From: Candidatus Aminicenantes bacterium
Lineage (GTDB): Bacteria; Acidobacteriota; Aminicenantia; Aminicenantales; Saccharicenantaceae
Direction: 5' to 3'
Assembly: GCA_963813235.1 (NCBI GenBank)
Contig: CAWEYF010000017.1
Location: 30,090 to 94,089, forward strand
DNA length: 64,000 nucleotides
Numbering within the stretch: position 1 is the first letter of the stretch; every line of letters begins with the position of its first letter. A model generated the notes under the pieces. That model saw only the letters and a program-made list of their open reading frames with translations, was not told the DNA's origin and did no database searches. Made by a program: the position numbers and the translations under genes. This document shows, one piece after another, positions 17,052 to 25,412 of the stretch.

Positions 17052-17390
17052 AAGGGTGTACGGTTTCGGTATTGTGCATCTCCGGGCGCCCTGTTCCACG
17101 CAATCTGTGCGCCGGGGGAGACGGGTAGGGGCCAGGCAAGCGCCAAACGGCGACAGAACTAACGTCTTCCCCATCCGGCGAGGTCTCCATACTTCCCAAT
17201 TGGATTTGTACTGAATCCGATGGCTTTAAAGGAATAGCGTGATGGACCGTGTTCTTCGCCAAGTGCTTGCTAACGCTATCTGATGGCGAACGTTGTATTA
17301 TGCATAAAATAGGAATATAGTCTTAGTGACGGCGCAGGAAAGGAAACGAAGCAGGTCCCCATCAACACTTTTTCCCATCTCTACAAGAAG

Positions 17391-17804
17391 ATGTGCGGTA
17401 CCGCGGACGAGATTCAGCAACTGTGGCCCACCGCATGGAGAGATGGGAATGATTGTTGTGAAAAGGGAAAATACGAAGACGGCTTTTCCAAAGAACTGCA
17501 TCTAGAAGGCTTGAAAATCAAGGAGAGGGAAAAGCTTCTGAACGGGATTTACTGGATCCCGAACGACCTGCAGCTTCGGGCCCGGCCTTTGTTCAGTAAT
17601 ACTTTGAATCGCAATATGACGTTGATTTTAAAAGACCTCCAAGCCTACCTATTGGACAAGAGGATGGCCGGGAAGGTCAAGGAATACTTTACGGGAGATG
17701 AAATCAATTCTGCCCTGACTCTCATGTTCGTCATGAAGGAAAGGTTCAAAAAAAGATGGGATTTTAAACACGAGGGTTGGGTCAAAATCGAATCCCCGGA
17801 TTGA
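17391..17804 (+). CDS. hypothetical protein
   Basis: 137-aa ORF with no clear RBS. A candidate promoter TTGTAT-N17-TATAGT lies about 70-100 nt upstream. No domain was recognised. Confidence 0.35.
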   Translation: MCGTADEIQQLWPTAWRDGNDCCEKGKYEDGFSKELHLEGLKIKEREKLLNGIYWIPNDLQLRARPLFSNTLNRNMTLILKDLQAYLLDKRMAGKVKEYFTGDEINSALTLMFVMKERFKKRWDFKHEGWVKIESPD

Positions 17805-17839
17805 TATAGTTAAGAGCCCGCCCCCCCGACGTGCGCTCG

Positions 17840-18229
17840 TTAGGCGGCGTGGTATTTTTCGAGCATTCCGACGACGTTCTTCGTCGTGACATGGTTATGA
17901 AACCGGAAGCCGCCGCCGAAGTTTTTCGGGATATGCATCATCTCGTGGATGATCGTATTCTCTTGATCATCGTCCGAGAGCCTGTCAAACCGCTCGGAGA
18001 TGAATTCGAGGGCATAGAACGCTTTAACTCGCATCGCGACCTGCAGGATTTTGCTCATCCCGTGACACCGAGCGATGACTCTCCTAGCCGAGGATCCGAA
18101 GCTTCTGATGCAGACGACTTTTCCCGGATCGATGTACCGGAGGTTCAGCGTTCGAACGATATCCTCGAACCGTGCCTGGATATCTCCCGCGAGTTCGTAG
18201 CTAATCCTCTGAGATCGTTTCTTTGTCAT
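17840..18229 (-). CDS. small putative Zn metallopeptidase (HExxH), paralog 2
   Basis: Motif IIHEMMHIPKNFGGGFRFH. Collinear similarity to the product of 11362..11769 (ARFxDIVxTLxLRxxD..VVCxRSxGSSARRVxARCHGMSK). Confidence 0.75.
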   Translation of the reverse strand: MTKKRSQRISYELAGDIQARFEDIVRTLNLRYIDPGKVVCIRSFGSSARRVIARCHGMSKILQVAMRVKAFYALEFISERFDRLSDDDQENTIIHEMMHIPKNFGGGFRFHNHVTTKNVVGMLEKYHAA

Positions 18230-18469
18230 CAGATTCCTTTTAAATCACGGCGGTACGATATTTCAGGCCCAACGAGGTTGTCAATACGTCTCCGAGGTCG
18301 GTTTTTCCGTCCGCGCCGTTTCAATCGAAGCGCAGGGCATCCACGGGGTTGGTACGGGCGGATCTCAGCGACGCTTTTCCAGACCCTCCCGATGTGCGTG
18401 ACCGCCTCCTTGAAGGGCTTCCCGGCCGGGCCGTCTTATCCGGCCTCAGTCCTTGTAACAGGAAGCGGA

Positions 18470-18727
18470 TTATAGTTCATAGATAATGAGGATGTCTGGC
18501 GCATCAGAAGGCGGTTCTCTGCGAATCTTCTTCACTCCATACCGTGTTTTTATAATTTCACTACAAAGAGCTCCGATGATATTAGGGTAGTCGTGTTTTA
18601 TAAAACCCATTCCTTGATGAATATCCGTCGCCCTAAATGAAACGCGGGATAACCCATTTTCTTTTGCTGGCTTGATATAGTGATCGTAAACATACTCCCT
18701 AATTCTATCCGCATCCCTTGTTCTCAT
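18470..18727 (-). CDS. hypothetical small protein
   Basis: 85-aa ORF, AT-rich, upstream of and co-oriented with paralog 2. No domain was recognised. Confidence 0.45.
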   Translation of the reverse strand: MRTRDADRIREYVYDHYIKPAKENGLSRVSFRATDIHQGMGFIKHDYPNIIGALCSEIIKTRYGVKKIRREPPSDAPDILIIYEL

Positions 18728-18766
18728 CTTTCTTATAGTCTATCACCGCGAGGCTTAAGATAGCTA

Positions 18767-18856
18767 CCCCGCGAGGGGCGTCCCGCAAGGCCGGGGAGCA
18801 GACACAAGATCAAGAAGACTCACATTATGTCTGGACTTTTTTTAAGGGATAAGGTC
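18767..18856 (+). repeat. IRU copy 7 (internally deleted: head fused to the 45-bp element)
   Basis: Hairpin CCCC-GCGA-GGGG at 18767-18778, tcccgcaaggccggggagc, then agaagactcacattatgtctggactttttttaagggataaggtc (18813-18856). Confidence 0.7.
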
Positions 18857-18880
18857 AGAAGGTTGTCGTTTTCCTCGATG

Positions 18881-19648
18881 CTATTTTTTCTCCTGGGGTT
18901 TTTCGTACGCGAACGCTTTGAGTAGCTCCATCGGCAGCGGGAAAATGATCGTGGAGTTCTTCTCGGCGGCGATCTCCGTCAGCGTCCCCAGGAACCTGAG
19001 CTGGAGGGCCTGGGGATTCTGGGAAATGATGTCGGCGGCCTTGGTGAGCTTGTCCGCTGCCTGGAATTCGCCTTCGGCGTGGATGACCTTGGCCCGGCGT
19101 TCGCGCTCGGCCTCGGCCTGCTTGGCGATGGCCCGTTGCATGTTCTCCGGAAGGTCCACCTGTTTCATCTCCACGAGTTGGACCTTGATGCCCCAGGAGT
19201 CGGTGTGCTGTTCGATGATCTCCTGAAGGCGGGCGTTGAGCTTGTCCCGTTCCGAGAGAAGGTCGTCGAGCGGCACTTGGCCGAGGAGACTCCGCAGGGT
19301 CGTCTGGGCCAGTTGGGAGGTGGCGTAGATATAATCCTGGACATCGATCACGCACTTGAGCGGGTCGATGACCCTGAAGTACAGGACGGCGTTGACCTTG
19401 ACCGTGACGTTGTCCTTGGTGATGACGTCCTGCGGCGGGATGTCCATCGTAATGAGCCGCAGGCTGATCTTGACCATGCGGTCGATGGGGGAGAAAACGA
19501 GAATGATGCCCGGCCCCTTGGGCTTGGGAAGCAACCGGCCCAGCCGGAAGATCACGCCCCTCTCGTATTCCCTGAGGATCTTGATGGAGTTCAGAAGGTA
19601 GAGAACTACGAGTCCGATGATGATGATGGGCGCCGTAAAGAAGTTCAT
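18881..19648 (-). CDS. SPFH/band-7 (stomatin-like) protein
   Basis: ATG at 19648 after AAGGAGG and an N-terminal TM segment. [15 protein letters not shown]...[16 protein letters not shown] is typical of the SPFH domain. Confidence 0.85.
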   Translation of the reverse strand: MNFFTAPIIIIGLVVLYLLNSIKILREYERGVIFRLGRLLPKPKGPGIILVFSPIDRMVKISLRLITMDIPPQDVITKDNVTVKVNAVLYFRVIDPLKCVIDVQDYIYATSQLAQTTLRSLLGQVPLDDLLSERDKLNARLQEIIEQHTDSWGIKVQLVEMKQVDLPENMQRAIAKQAEAERERRAKVIHAEGEFQAADKLTKAADIISQNPQALQLRFLGTLTEIAAEKNSTIIFPLPMELLKAFAYEKPQEKK

Positions 19649-19936
19649 GTTCGCCTCCTTGTTCGGATCTTGGCTATGCCGAGGAAGATAAAAATCAGAG
19701 AGAGGCCGATCAGCCCACCCATGATGGCCTCCTGCTCCGAGCAGGAAGAGCGCTTCCACCTGATGACTTCATTATGGGGAGTAGACGCGGACAAGTCAAC
19801 AAGCTATAACGATTTGTACTTTTTTAGCGGAGCACTTGAGCTTATTATTAAGGACCGATCTTTTCAGAAGAGTATCTCCAGACCCTATTAGACACGTGGT
19901 AAGACAACCAACGTCTAGGTATTAAAGAAGGTAGCA

Positions 19937-20173
19937 GTGAAAGAACTCGTCGAGTTGATTGCCAAATCATTAGTAGACAACCCGGACAAGGTTCAGGTTT
20001 CCCAACTGGACGGGGAACAAAGCTCGGTCATAGAATTAAAGGTTGCTCCGGAAGAGGTGGGCAAGGTCATTGGGAAACAAGGAAGAACAGCTCAAGCTAT
20101 CAGAGTCATTCTTGGTGCAGCTGGAATGAAGCTGATAAAGAGAGTAACTTTGGAGATATTAGAAGATCGATAA
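19937..20173 (+). CDS. khpA: KH-domain RNA-binding protein (KhpA/UPF0109-like)
   Basis: 78 aa with a GTG start. Contains [13 protein letters not shown] (a GXXG KH motif) in the family-typical context. Confidence 0.75.
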   Translation: MKELVELIAKSLVDNPDKVQVSQLDGEQSSVIELKVAPEEVGKVIGKQGRTAQAIRVILGAAGMKLIKRVTLEILEDR

Positions 20174-20226
20174 TTTAGTCATGACCTGCCCCTGCTCAAT
20201 TTACTGCTTCTGAAGAAATATTTTGT

Positions 20227-20270
20227 CAGAAATCTAACATTATGTCTGGGCCAATTTAAGGGATGAGGTC
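20227..20270 (+). repeat. 45-bp element copy
   Basis: cagaaatctaacattatgtctgggccaatttaagggatgaggtc, downstream of the KhpA-like gene. Confidence 0.65.
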
Positions 20271-20452
20271 TCCCACGTCGCTCTAGGAGGACAGACTCCG
20301 TATGAACGATTTCGAGAGAAAGTCGGATTCTCGGTGTAACCGGTCATGCTCGTATCCACACTCCTTTGACAAACAACCGCCTTCCCAGTATGCTCACAGT
20401 ATCAAGAAGTGAGTTTCACTCAAAAAATATGTTCTAAAAGGAGGGTGCCAAG

Positions 20453-20794
20453 ATGTTGGAATCTCGAATTAAGGTTGCGCCCAATACGGTAGCGTATGCT
20501 GACCGTGAGAATCTCAAGCTAGTAGTGGAGTTCGCCATCCCAGGAGCGCCAACGGATACCATCGATGTGAAGATCCTGGAAGACAGCGTCCACCTGACAG
20601 CGCCAGCAAGGGACATCGAGTATGTTTCAGCTCTGGCTTTAAGTTGGCCGGTGAAGCCGGACAAAGCCGAAGCAACCTACGAGAACGGCCTGCTCCGAAT
20701 CGAGGTGCCCTTCAAAGATCCGATGGAAGATGCTGTGAAGGTCGCCATCAAAGCAGGCGGAGCGGAAACCAAGGCCAAAATAATCGAAGCCTGA
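20453..20794 (+). CDS. small heat-shock protein (Hsp20/alpha-crystallin domain)
   Basis: AAAGGAGGG RBS. The ACD pattern ends in ATYENGLLRIEVPF. Confidence 0.8.
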   Translation: MLESRIKVAPNTVAYADRENLKLVVEFAIPGAPTDTIDVKILEDSVHLTAPARDIEYVSALALSWPVKPDKAEATYENGLLRIEVPFKDPMEDAVKVAIKAGGAETKAKIIEA

Positions 20795-20888
20795 TGACCC
20801 GTTAAGTTGTTAGGCTTAAGAAGGCCTACGGCTATTTTTGTTCGATCGTCCAAGAGGTCGTCGAGCGTTATCTCTGAACCTGCCCCTT

Positions 20889-20918
20889 GGTTTGGTCCAT
20901 TTTTAAGGGATGAGGTCC
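20889..20918 (+). repeat. 45-bp element, 3' partial copy
   Basis: ggtttggtccatttttaagggatgaggtcc. Confidence 0.6.
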
Positions 20919-21065
20919 CCCTTTCCATCTCATTCTTTAGCCTAGCCCTAATTCTAAATCAAGGCCGATGAGTTCTTAGGGTCCAACTACTAGGCCAAAA
21001 AACCTATAGGGGCAATTTTGTAGGTATGTCGACCATCCCCTCTTCCCCCCGGATGACCCGGCAAC

Positions 21066-21146
21066 GGGGTCTCGGGTGTTCCGGGTTTTCAAAGGCCAAA
21101 GCTGAAATCAGTTGGCGAGCTAAGTGAAGAGACAGACATTTCCCCG
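21066..21146 (+). repeat. island arm repeat (P'-arm) adjacent to the intact tRNA
   Basis: Homologous to 5772-5850. Confidence 0.75.
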
Positions 21147-21202
21147 TGTGCCACCGGTGTGCCAAATTCGATTGAAAGCCACTGAAAAACAAGGGAATAA
21201 GA

Positions 21203-21279
21203 TGGCGTGCCTGAGAGGATTCGAACCTCCGACCTTTGGATCCGGAGTCCAACGCTCTATCCAGCTGAGCTACAGGCAC
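21203..21279 (-). tRNA. tRNA-Arg (anticodon CCG), CCA encoded
   Basis: The minus-strand sequence GTGCCTGTAGCTCAGCTGGATAGAGCGTTGGACTCCGGATCCAAAGGTCGGAGGTTCGAATCCTCTCAGGCACGCCA folds into a 77-nt cloverleaf. It has a 7-bp acceptor stem, a TTCGAAT T-loop and the anticodon loop CTCCGGA. Confidence 0.93.
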
Positions 21280-21504
21280 ACAGAGAAGGCATTTTACAGC
21301 ATCTCGGGCCCTAAGTAAAACGACCGGGGGTTCTCGTCCCAAGTCGTTCGCCAAGCCTTACGAAGACGGGGGAGTAAGGATTCGAGCGCACACCAAACTA
21401 AACAGGGCACTAGGAAGCCGCTTCTTCCCTGCCTCGGTCATGGGAAAGAGGGCACGAATGCCGATGTTCATCCGCGCAAGTCCTTCCCGCCTTATGGAAT
21501 TGTG

Positions 21505-21534
21505 TTGACAGGCCTTTTTCGGGGGCGATATACT
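21505..21534 (+). promoter_or_regulatory. candidate sigma70 promoter (TTGACA-N18-TATACT)
   Basis: Hexamers at 21505-21510 and 21529-21534, 30 nt upstream of the symporter start. Confidence 0.55.
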
Positions 21535-21564
21535 CTGCGGGAATCGACCTGAAAGGAAGCCGGC

Positions 21565-23394
21565 ATGCACCTTCATCTCCTCGATTGGATCATCGTCGCG
21601 ATCTCGCTCTCCATCTGCTTCATCCCCGCCCTGTTCTACGGGAAACGGGCGGGCAAGAGCACCACGGAATTCTTCGTCTCCGGCCGGGCCATCCCCTGGT
21701 GGCTGGCCGGGCTGTCCATGGTCGCCACGACCTTCTCAAGCGACACGCCCAACCTGGTCACCGACATCGTCCGGCGCAACGGCGTCGCGGGGAACTGGGT
21801 CTGGTGGGCCTTCACTCTGACGGGGGTCGCGACGGTTTTCTTCTACGCCCGGATGTGGCGGCGCTCCGAGGTCATGACGGACCTCGAATTCTACGAGGTC
21901 CGCTACTCGGGGAAGCCGGCCGCGTTCGTCCGCGGCTTCCGCTCGGTCTACCTGGGCTTCTTCTTCAACTGCATGATCATGGCCTCGGTCAACCTGGCCG
22001 CCTGCAAGATCGCCGGCGTCCTGTTCGGCCTGCCCCGATGGCAGACACTCCTCTTCGTCGGCGTTCTCAATGTCGTCTTCGCTACGGTCTCCGGCCTCTG
22101 GGGGGTCTTGGTCATCGACATGGTCCAGTTCTTCATCAAGATGACGGCCGTCATCGCCGCCGCATACTTCGCCGTCAAGCACATCGGCGGGATGCACGTC
22201 CTCATGACCACCCTCGCAGCCAAGACCGGCCCCAACGGCGTCAACTTCCTCAGCATGCTCCCCGACTTCAAGAACAACTGGGACATCGCCGTGGCCATCT
22301 TCATCATGCCCATCGCCGTCCAGTGGTGGGCCGTCTGGTATCCCGGCGCCGAGCCGGGCGGCGGCAGTTACATCGCCCAGCGGATGCTGGCCTCGAAGTC
22401 CGAGAAGGATTCGCTCGGCTCGGTCCTCTTCTTCAACATCGCCCATTATGTCCTCCGCCCCTGGCCCTGGATCCTCGTCGGCCTCTGCTCCCTCATCGTC
22501 TATCCCCAGCTTTCGGACATCCAGGCCGCTTACCCCCACCTCGACCCGAGCCTGATCGGGCACGACATCGCTTTCCCGGCCATGCTCAAGTTCATGCCCG
22601 TCGGCTTCATCGGACTCATGGTCGGGGGTCTCATCGCCGCCAACTCCTCGACCATCCTGACCCACCTCAACTGGGGCGCTTCCTACCTCGTCCACGACTT
22701 CTACCGCAGGTTCCTGAAGAAGGACAAGAGCGAGAAACACTACGTCCGGGCGGCCCGCTTCGTCACGGTCGGGCTGTTCCTCTGCTCCTCGAGCATGGTC
22801 TTCCTCCTGGACACGGCCAAGGACACGTTCGATATCATCCTCCAGGTCGGGGCGGGCACGGGCCTTCTCTACCTGGTCCGGTGGTTCTGGTGGCGGGTCA
22901 ACGCCTGGGCCGAGGTCAACGCGATGATCAGCTCCTTCGGCTTCTCCATCCTCATTCTGGTCCTCCGGAAGTTCGGCGTGATCATCCCCACCCATTACGC
23001 CCTCATCCTGACCATCGTCGTGACCACGGCCTGCTGGGTGCTGACGACGTACCTCGGGCCCCAGACGGACCGCAAGGCCCTCATCGGGTTCTACAAGAAG
23101 GTCAGGCCCTTCGGCCCGGGCTGGGAACCCATCCGGAAGGAAGCCGGGATCTCCAAGGCCGAGGCCCGCGGCTCCGGCGACAACTTCCCGATGGCCCTGG
23201 TCGGCTGGGCGGCAGGCACGGCGACCATCTGGTCGGCTCTCTTCACCGTGGGGAATATCCTCTACGGGCGATGGACCTATGCGTTCGTCCTTCTCGGGGC
23301 CTTCCTCGTAAGCGGCGGGGTCCTGATCTGGGTCGTCAACAGGCTGTGGGCGCCCACCTCCAAGCCTGCGGTCGAAGCCCCCGGCCGTAGCTGA
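21565..23394 (+). CDS. sodium:solute symporter family (SSF) transporter
   Basis: 609 aa with about 13-14 TM segments. The N-terminal pattern GKSTTEFFVSGRAIPWWLAGLSMVATTFSSDTP is typical of SSF. Confidence 0.85.
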   Translation: MHLHLLDWIIVAISLSICFIPALFYGKRAGKSTTEFFVSGRAIPWWLAGLSMVATTFSSDTPNLVTDIVRRNGVAGNWVWWAFTLTGVATVFFYARMWRRSEVMTDLEFYEVRYSGKPAAFVRGFRSVYLGFFFNCMIMASVNLAACKIAGVLFGLPRWQTLLFVGVLNVVFATVSGLWGVLVIDMVQFFIKMTAVIAAAYFAVKHIGGMHVLMTTLAAKTGPNGVNFLSMLPDFKNNWDIAVAIFIMPIAVQWWAVWYPGAEPGGGSYIAQRMLASKSEKDSLGSVLFFNIAHYVLRPWPWILVGLCSLIVYPQLSDIQAAYPHLDPSLIGHDIAFPAMLKFMPVGFIGLMVGGLIAANSSTILTHLNWGASYLVHDFYRRFLKKDKSEKHYVRAARFVTVGLFLCSSSMVFLLDTAKDTFDIILQVGAGTGLLYLVRWFWWRVNAWAEVNAMISSFGFSILILVLRKFGVIIPTHYALILTIVVTTACWVLTTYLGPQTDRKALIGFYKKVRPFGPGWEPIRKEAGISKAEARGSGDNFPMALVGWAAGTATIWSALFTVGNILYGRWTYAFVLLGAFLVSGGVLIWVVNRLWAPTSKPAVEAPGRS

Positions 23395-23500
23395 CGGCAG
23401 GAGGCCCCGGGCACGGGGAGAACGGCAAAGGGAAGAAACCCAGCCGGTCGCCGTCCAGACACTTTTAGGATATAATGGCTCCCGATAGGAGTCTGAATCC

Positions 23501-25303
23501 ATGAAAAAAGTGCTCTCGTCCTTCCTCCTCGTCCTGTTTATGGTCCTGGCCCTCGGGGCCCAACAGGCCCAGCCGCCGAAACCCGAGGACGTCCTGAAGA
23601 ACATGGTCCTCGTCGACAAAACCGAGCCCGTGCCCGATAAGATGAAGCCCGGGTTCGAGTCCATAACGGCCCGGGATTCGCTGGCCCTTCTCACTTATAT
23701 TTCGTCGGACCTGATGGAGGGCCGCGAGACGGCGACGCGCGGCATCCAGCTTGCCGCGGAATACGCCGCGTCCTTGTTCAAGCTGTGGAAGATTACGCCC
23801 GCCGGCGATCTTCCGGTCGTGCCCCGGTCGATGTCCGCGATGTTCGGCGGGACGCCGCCCGCCCCGCCCGTGAAGGGTTACCTCCAGGAATTCGCCATGA
23901 AGGACCTCACGGACGTTCAAGGCCGGCTCACCCTGGAGCTCCGCCAAGGCGCGACCGTTAAGACCCGCGCCTTCGAATCGGGCATCGAGTATCAGAGCAT
24001 GAGCTCGACCCCGGAGTCGCTCTCCGCCCCGGTGGTTTTCGCCGGATACGGGATCGCCGAAAAGACGGCCGGATGGGACGAGCTCAAGGGCCTTGATATC
24101 AAGGGGAAGATCGTCCTCGTCCTCTCGGAGGCCCCGGGGAAGAACGATCCCAAGTCCCCCTTCCAAGCCAAAGAGCTCAAAGAGAAGTACTTCCCGCCGG
24201 ACGGGCCCTTCGCCTTCCGGATGAGGGGTGGCTTCAACAAGGCCCGCGAGATCGCGAAGCTCGGTGCCCTCGCGGTCCTCCAGGTCCGAGCCGCGGGCAA
24301 GGACGCGGACCTTTACAAGTCCATGGCCGGCTCCGAGCGCGTCGACGACGCCAAGCCGATCATCAACGAGCCGCGTCGGCGCTTGCTCATCCCCGGCGCC
24401 GGGGACAGGATGCCGTGGGAGAGCTCCCCGGTCATCACCATCACGCGGGAGATGGCCGACGCCATCCTCGAGAATTCGGGAACGAACGTCGACGACCTGC
24501 AAAAGAAGATCGAAGCGACTTACAAGCCCGCCTCCATGGCGCTGCCCGGGACGACCGTAACACTCTCGACGACCGCCAAGACCGCCTTGGTCCGCTGCCG
24601 GAACGTCGTTGGGTATGTCGAAGGCTCGGACCCCGTCCTGAAGAACGAGGTCGTCGTCATCGGGGCCCATTACGACCACCTTGGCAAACGCGGCGATTAC
24701 GTCTTCAACGGGGCCGACGATAACGGCTCCGGCTCCGTCGGGGTCATGGACCTCGCTCGGGCGTTCGCCGTGAACCCTGAGAAACCCAAGCGGACGGTCG
24801 TATTCTGCCTCTGGACCGGCGAGGAGGAAGGCCTCCTCGGCTCGCGATATTATGTCCGGAACCCGGCCTTCCCCATCGACAAGACCGTGGCCTACATTAA
24901 CCTGGACATGATCAGCCGGCCTTACGACGAAAAGACCATCGTCCGCATGGGCCGGATGTTCAACTTCCCGGCAGGCCTGGAGCTGATGAAGAATGTCAAA
25001 CCGGCCGATTTCCTCCCGATCTCGTTCGCAGCGGGCGCCGGCCTGGACGACGTCTTCCGGGATGCCGATCGTTATGTCGGACTTAGCCTGTTCCTCCGTG
25101 AATCGACGTCCAACGAGCGTGGGGGCGGCGGGTCCGACCATTCGTCCTTCTCCGCGGCCAAGGTCCCTTGGGCCTTCTGCATCGCAGCCATGACCGAAGA
25201 CTACCATCAGACCAGCGACAGCGTGGAGAAGGCGAGCGGCGACCTCATGGAGAAGATCTCCCGGTTGGTCTATGTCGCGGCCTATACCATAGCGGACAAG
25301 TAA
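23501..25303 (+). CDS. secreted M28-family aminopeptidase with PA domain
   Basis: Signal peptide, plus the Zn-ligand motifs GADDNGSGSVGVMDLARAF and GEEEGLLGSRYY. Confidence 0.85.
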   Translation: MKKVLSSFLLVLFMVLALGAQQAQPPKPEDVLKNMVLVDKTEPVPDKMKPGFESITARDSLALLTYISSDLMEGRETATRGIQLAAEYAASLFKLWKITPAGDLPVVPRSMSAMFGGTPPAPPVKGYLQEFAMKDLTDVQGRLTLELRQGATVKTRAFESGIEYQSMSSTPESLSAPVVFAGYGIAEKTAGWDELKGLDIKGKIVLVLSEAPGKNDPKSPFQAKELKEKYFPPDGPFAFRMRGGFNKAREIAKLGALAVLQVRAAGKDADLYKSMAGSERVDDAKPIINEPRRRLLIPGAGDRMPWESSPVITITREMADAILENSGTNVDDLQKKIEATYKPASMALPGTTVTLSTTAKTALVRCRNVVGYVEGSDPVLKNEVVVIGAHYDHLGKRGDYVFNGADDNGSGSVGVMDLARAFAVNPEKPKRTVVFCLWTGEEEGLLGSRYYVRNPAFPIDKTVAYINLDMISRPYDEKTIVRMGRMFNFPAGLELMKNVKPADFLPISFAAGAGLDDVFRDADRYVGLSLFLRESTSNERGGGGSDHSSFSAAKVPWAFCIAAMTEDYHQTSDSVEKASGDLMEKISRLVYVAAYTIADK

Positions 25304-25305
25304 TA

Positions 25306-25334
25306 AGGGGACGCAATACCCTGTCCCCTTTTTT
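25306..25334 (+). terminator. rho-independent terminator
   Basis: AGGGGAC-loop-GTCCCCT followed by TTTTTT, immediately after the TAA stop at 25301-25303. Confidence 0.6.
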
Positions 25335-25412
25335 ACCTGGAATAGGCACGAATCCGGGACAGGATATCCTGCCCCGGAGCCGAGCCGGAGACCGAGCGCT
25401 TCGGCCGGCGCC

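Larger units (their letters stand above)
1594..21279. mobile_element. tRNA-Arg-anchored genomic island array (tandem, apparently decayed, no recombinase gene)
   Basis: Bounded by the intact tRNA-Arg (21203-21279) and a direct copy of its 3' half (1594-1643). A third degenerate core lies at 5852-5875 and the arm sequences are duplicated. Composition is patchy and AT-richer, and the genes are small and cassette-like. Confidence 0.7.

Noticed and set aside
17831-18475. 214-aa ORF on the + strand
   Set aside because: It is antisense to the HExxH peptidase paralog, which has a clear homolog at 11362-11769. It has no RBS and its composition is atypical.
3928-18856. Integron cassette array or CALIN, with the repeats acting as attC sites
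   Set aside because: There is no intI gene and no RYYYAAC...GTTRRRY R''/R' boxes at the unit ends. Several cassettes hold 2-4 genes in mixed orientation, each with its own promoter. Only the same-orientation spacing is integron-like.
3928-20918. CRISPR array
   Set aside because: The repeats are 45 to over 200 bp, degenerate and irregularly spaced (0.6-3.6 kb), with protein-coding genes between them. No cas genes are present.
21004-21354. 116-aa ORF on the minus strand next to the island border, considered as a possible integrase remnant
   Set aside because: It overlaps the tRNA-Arg gene itself and has no recombinase motifs. It is an artefact of ORF calling.
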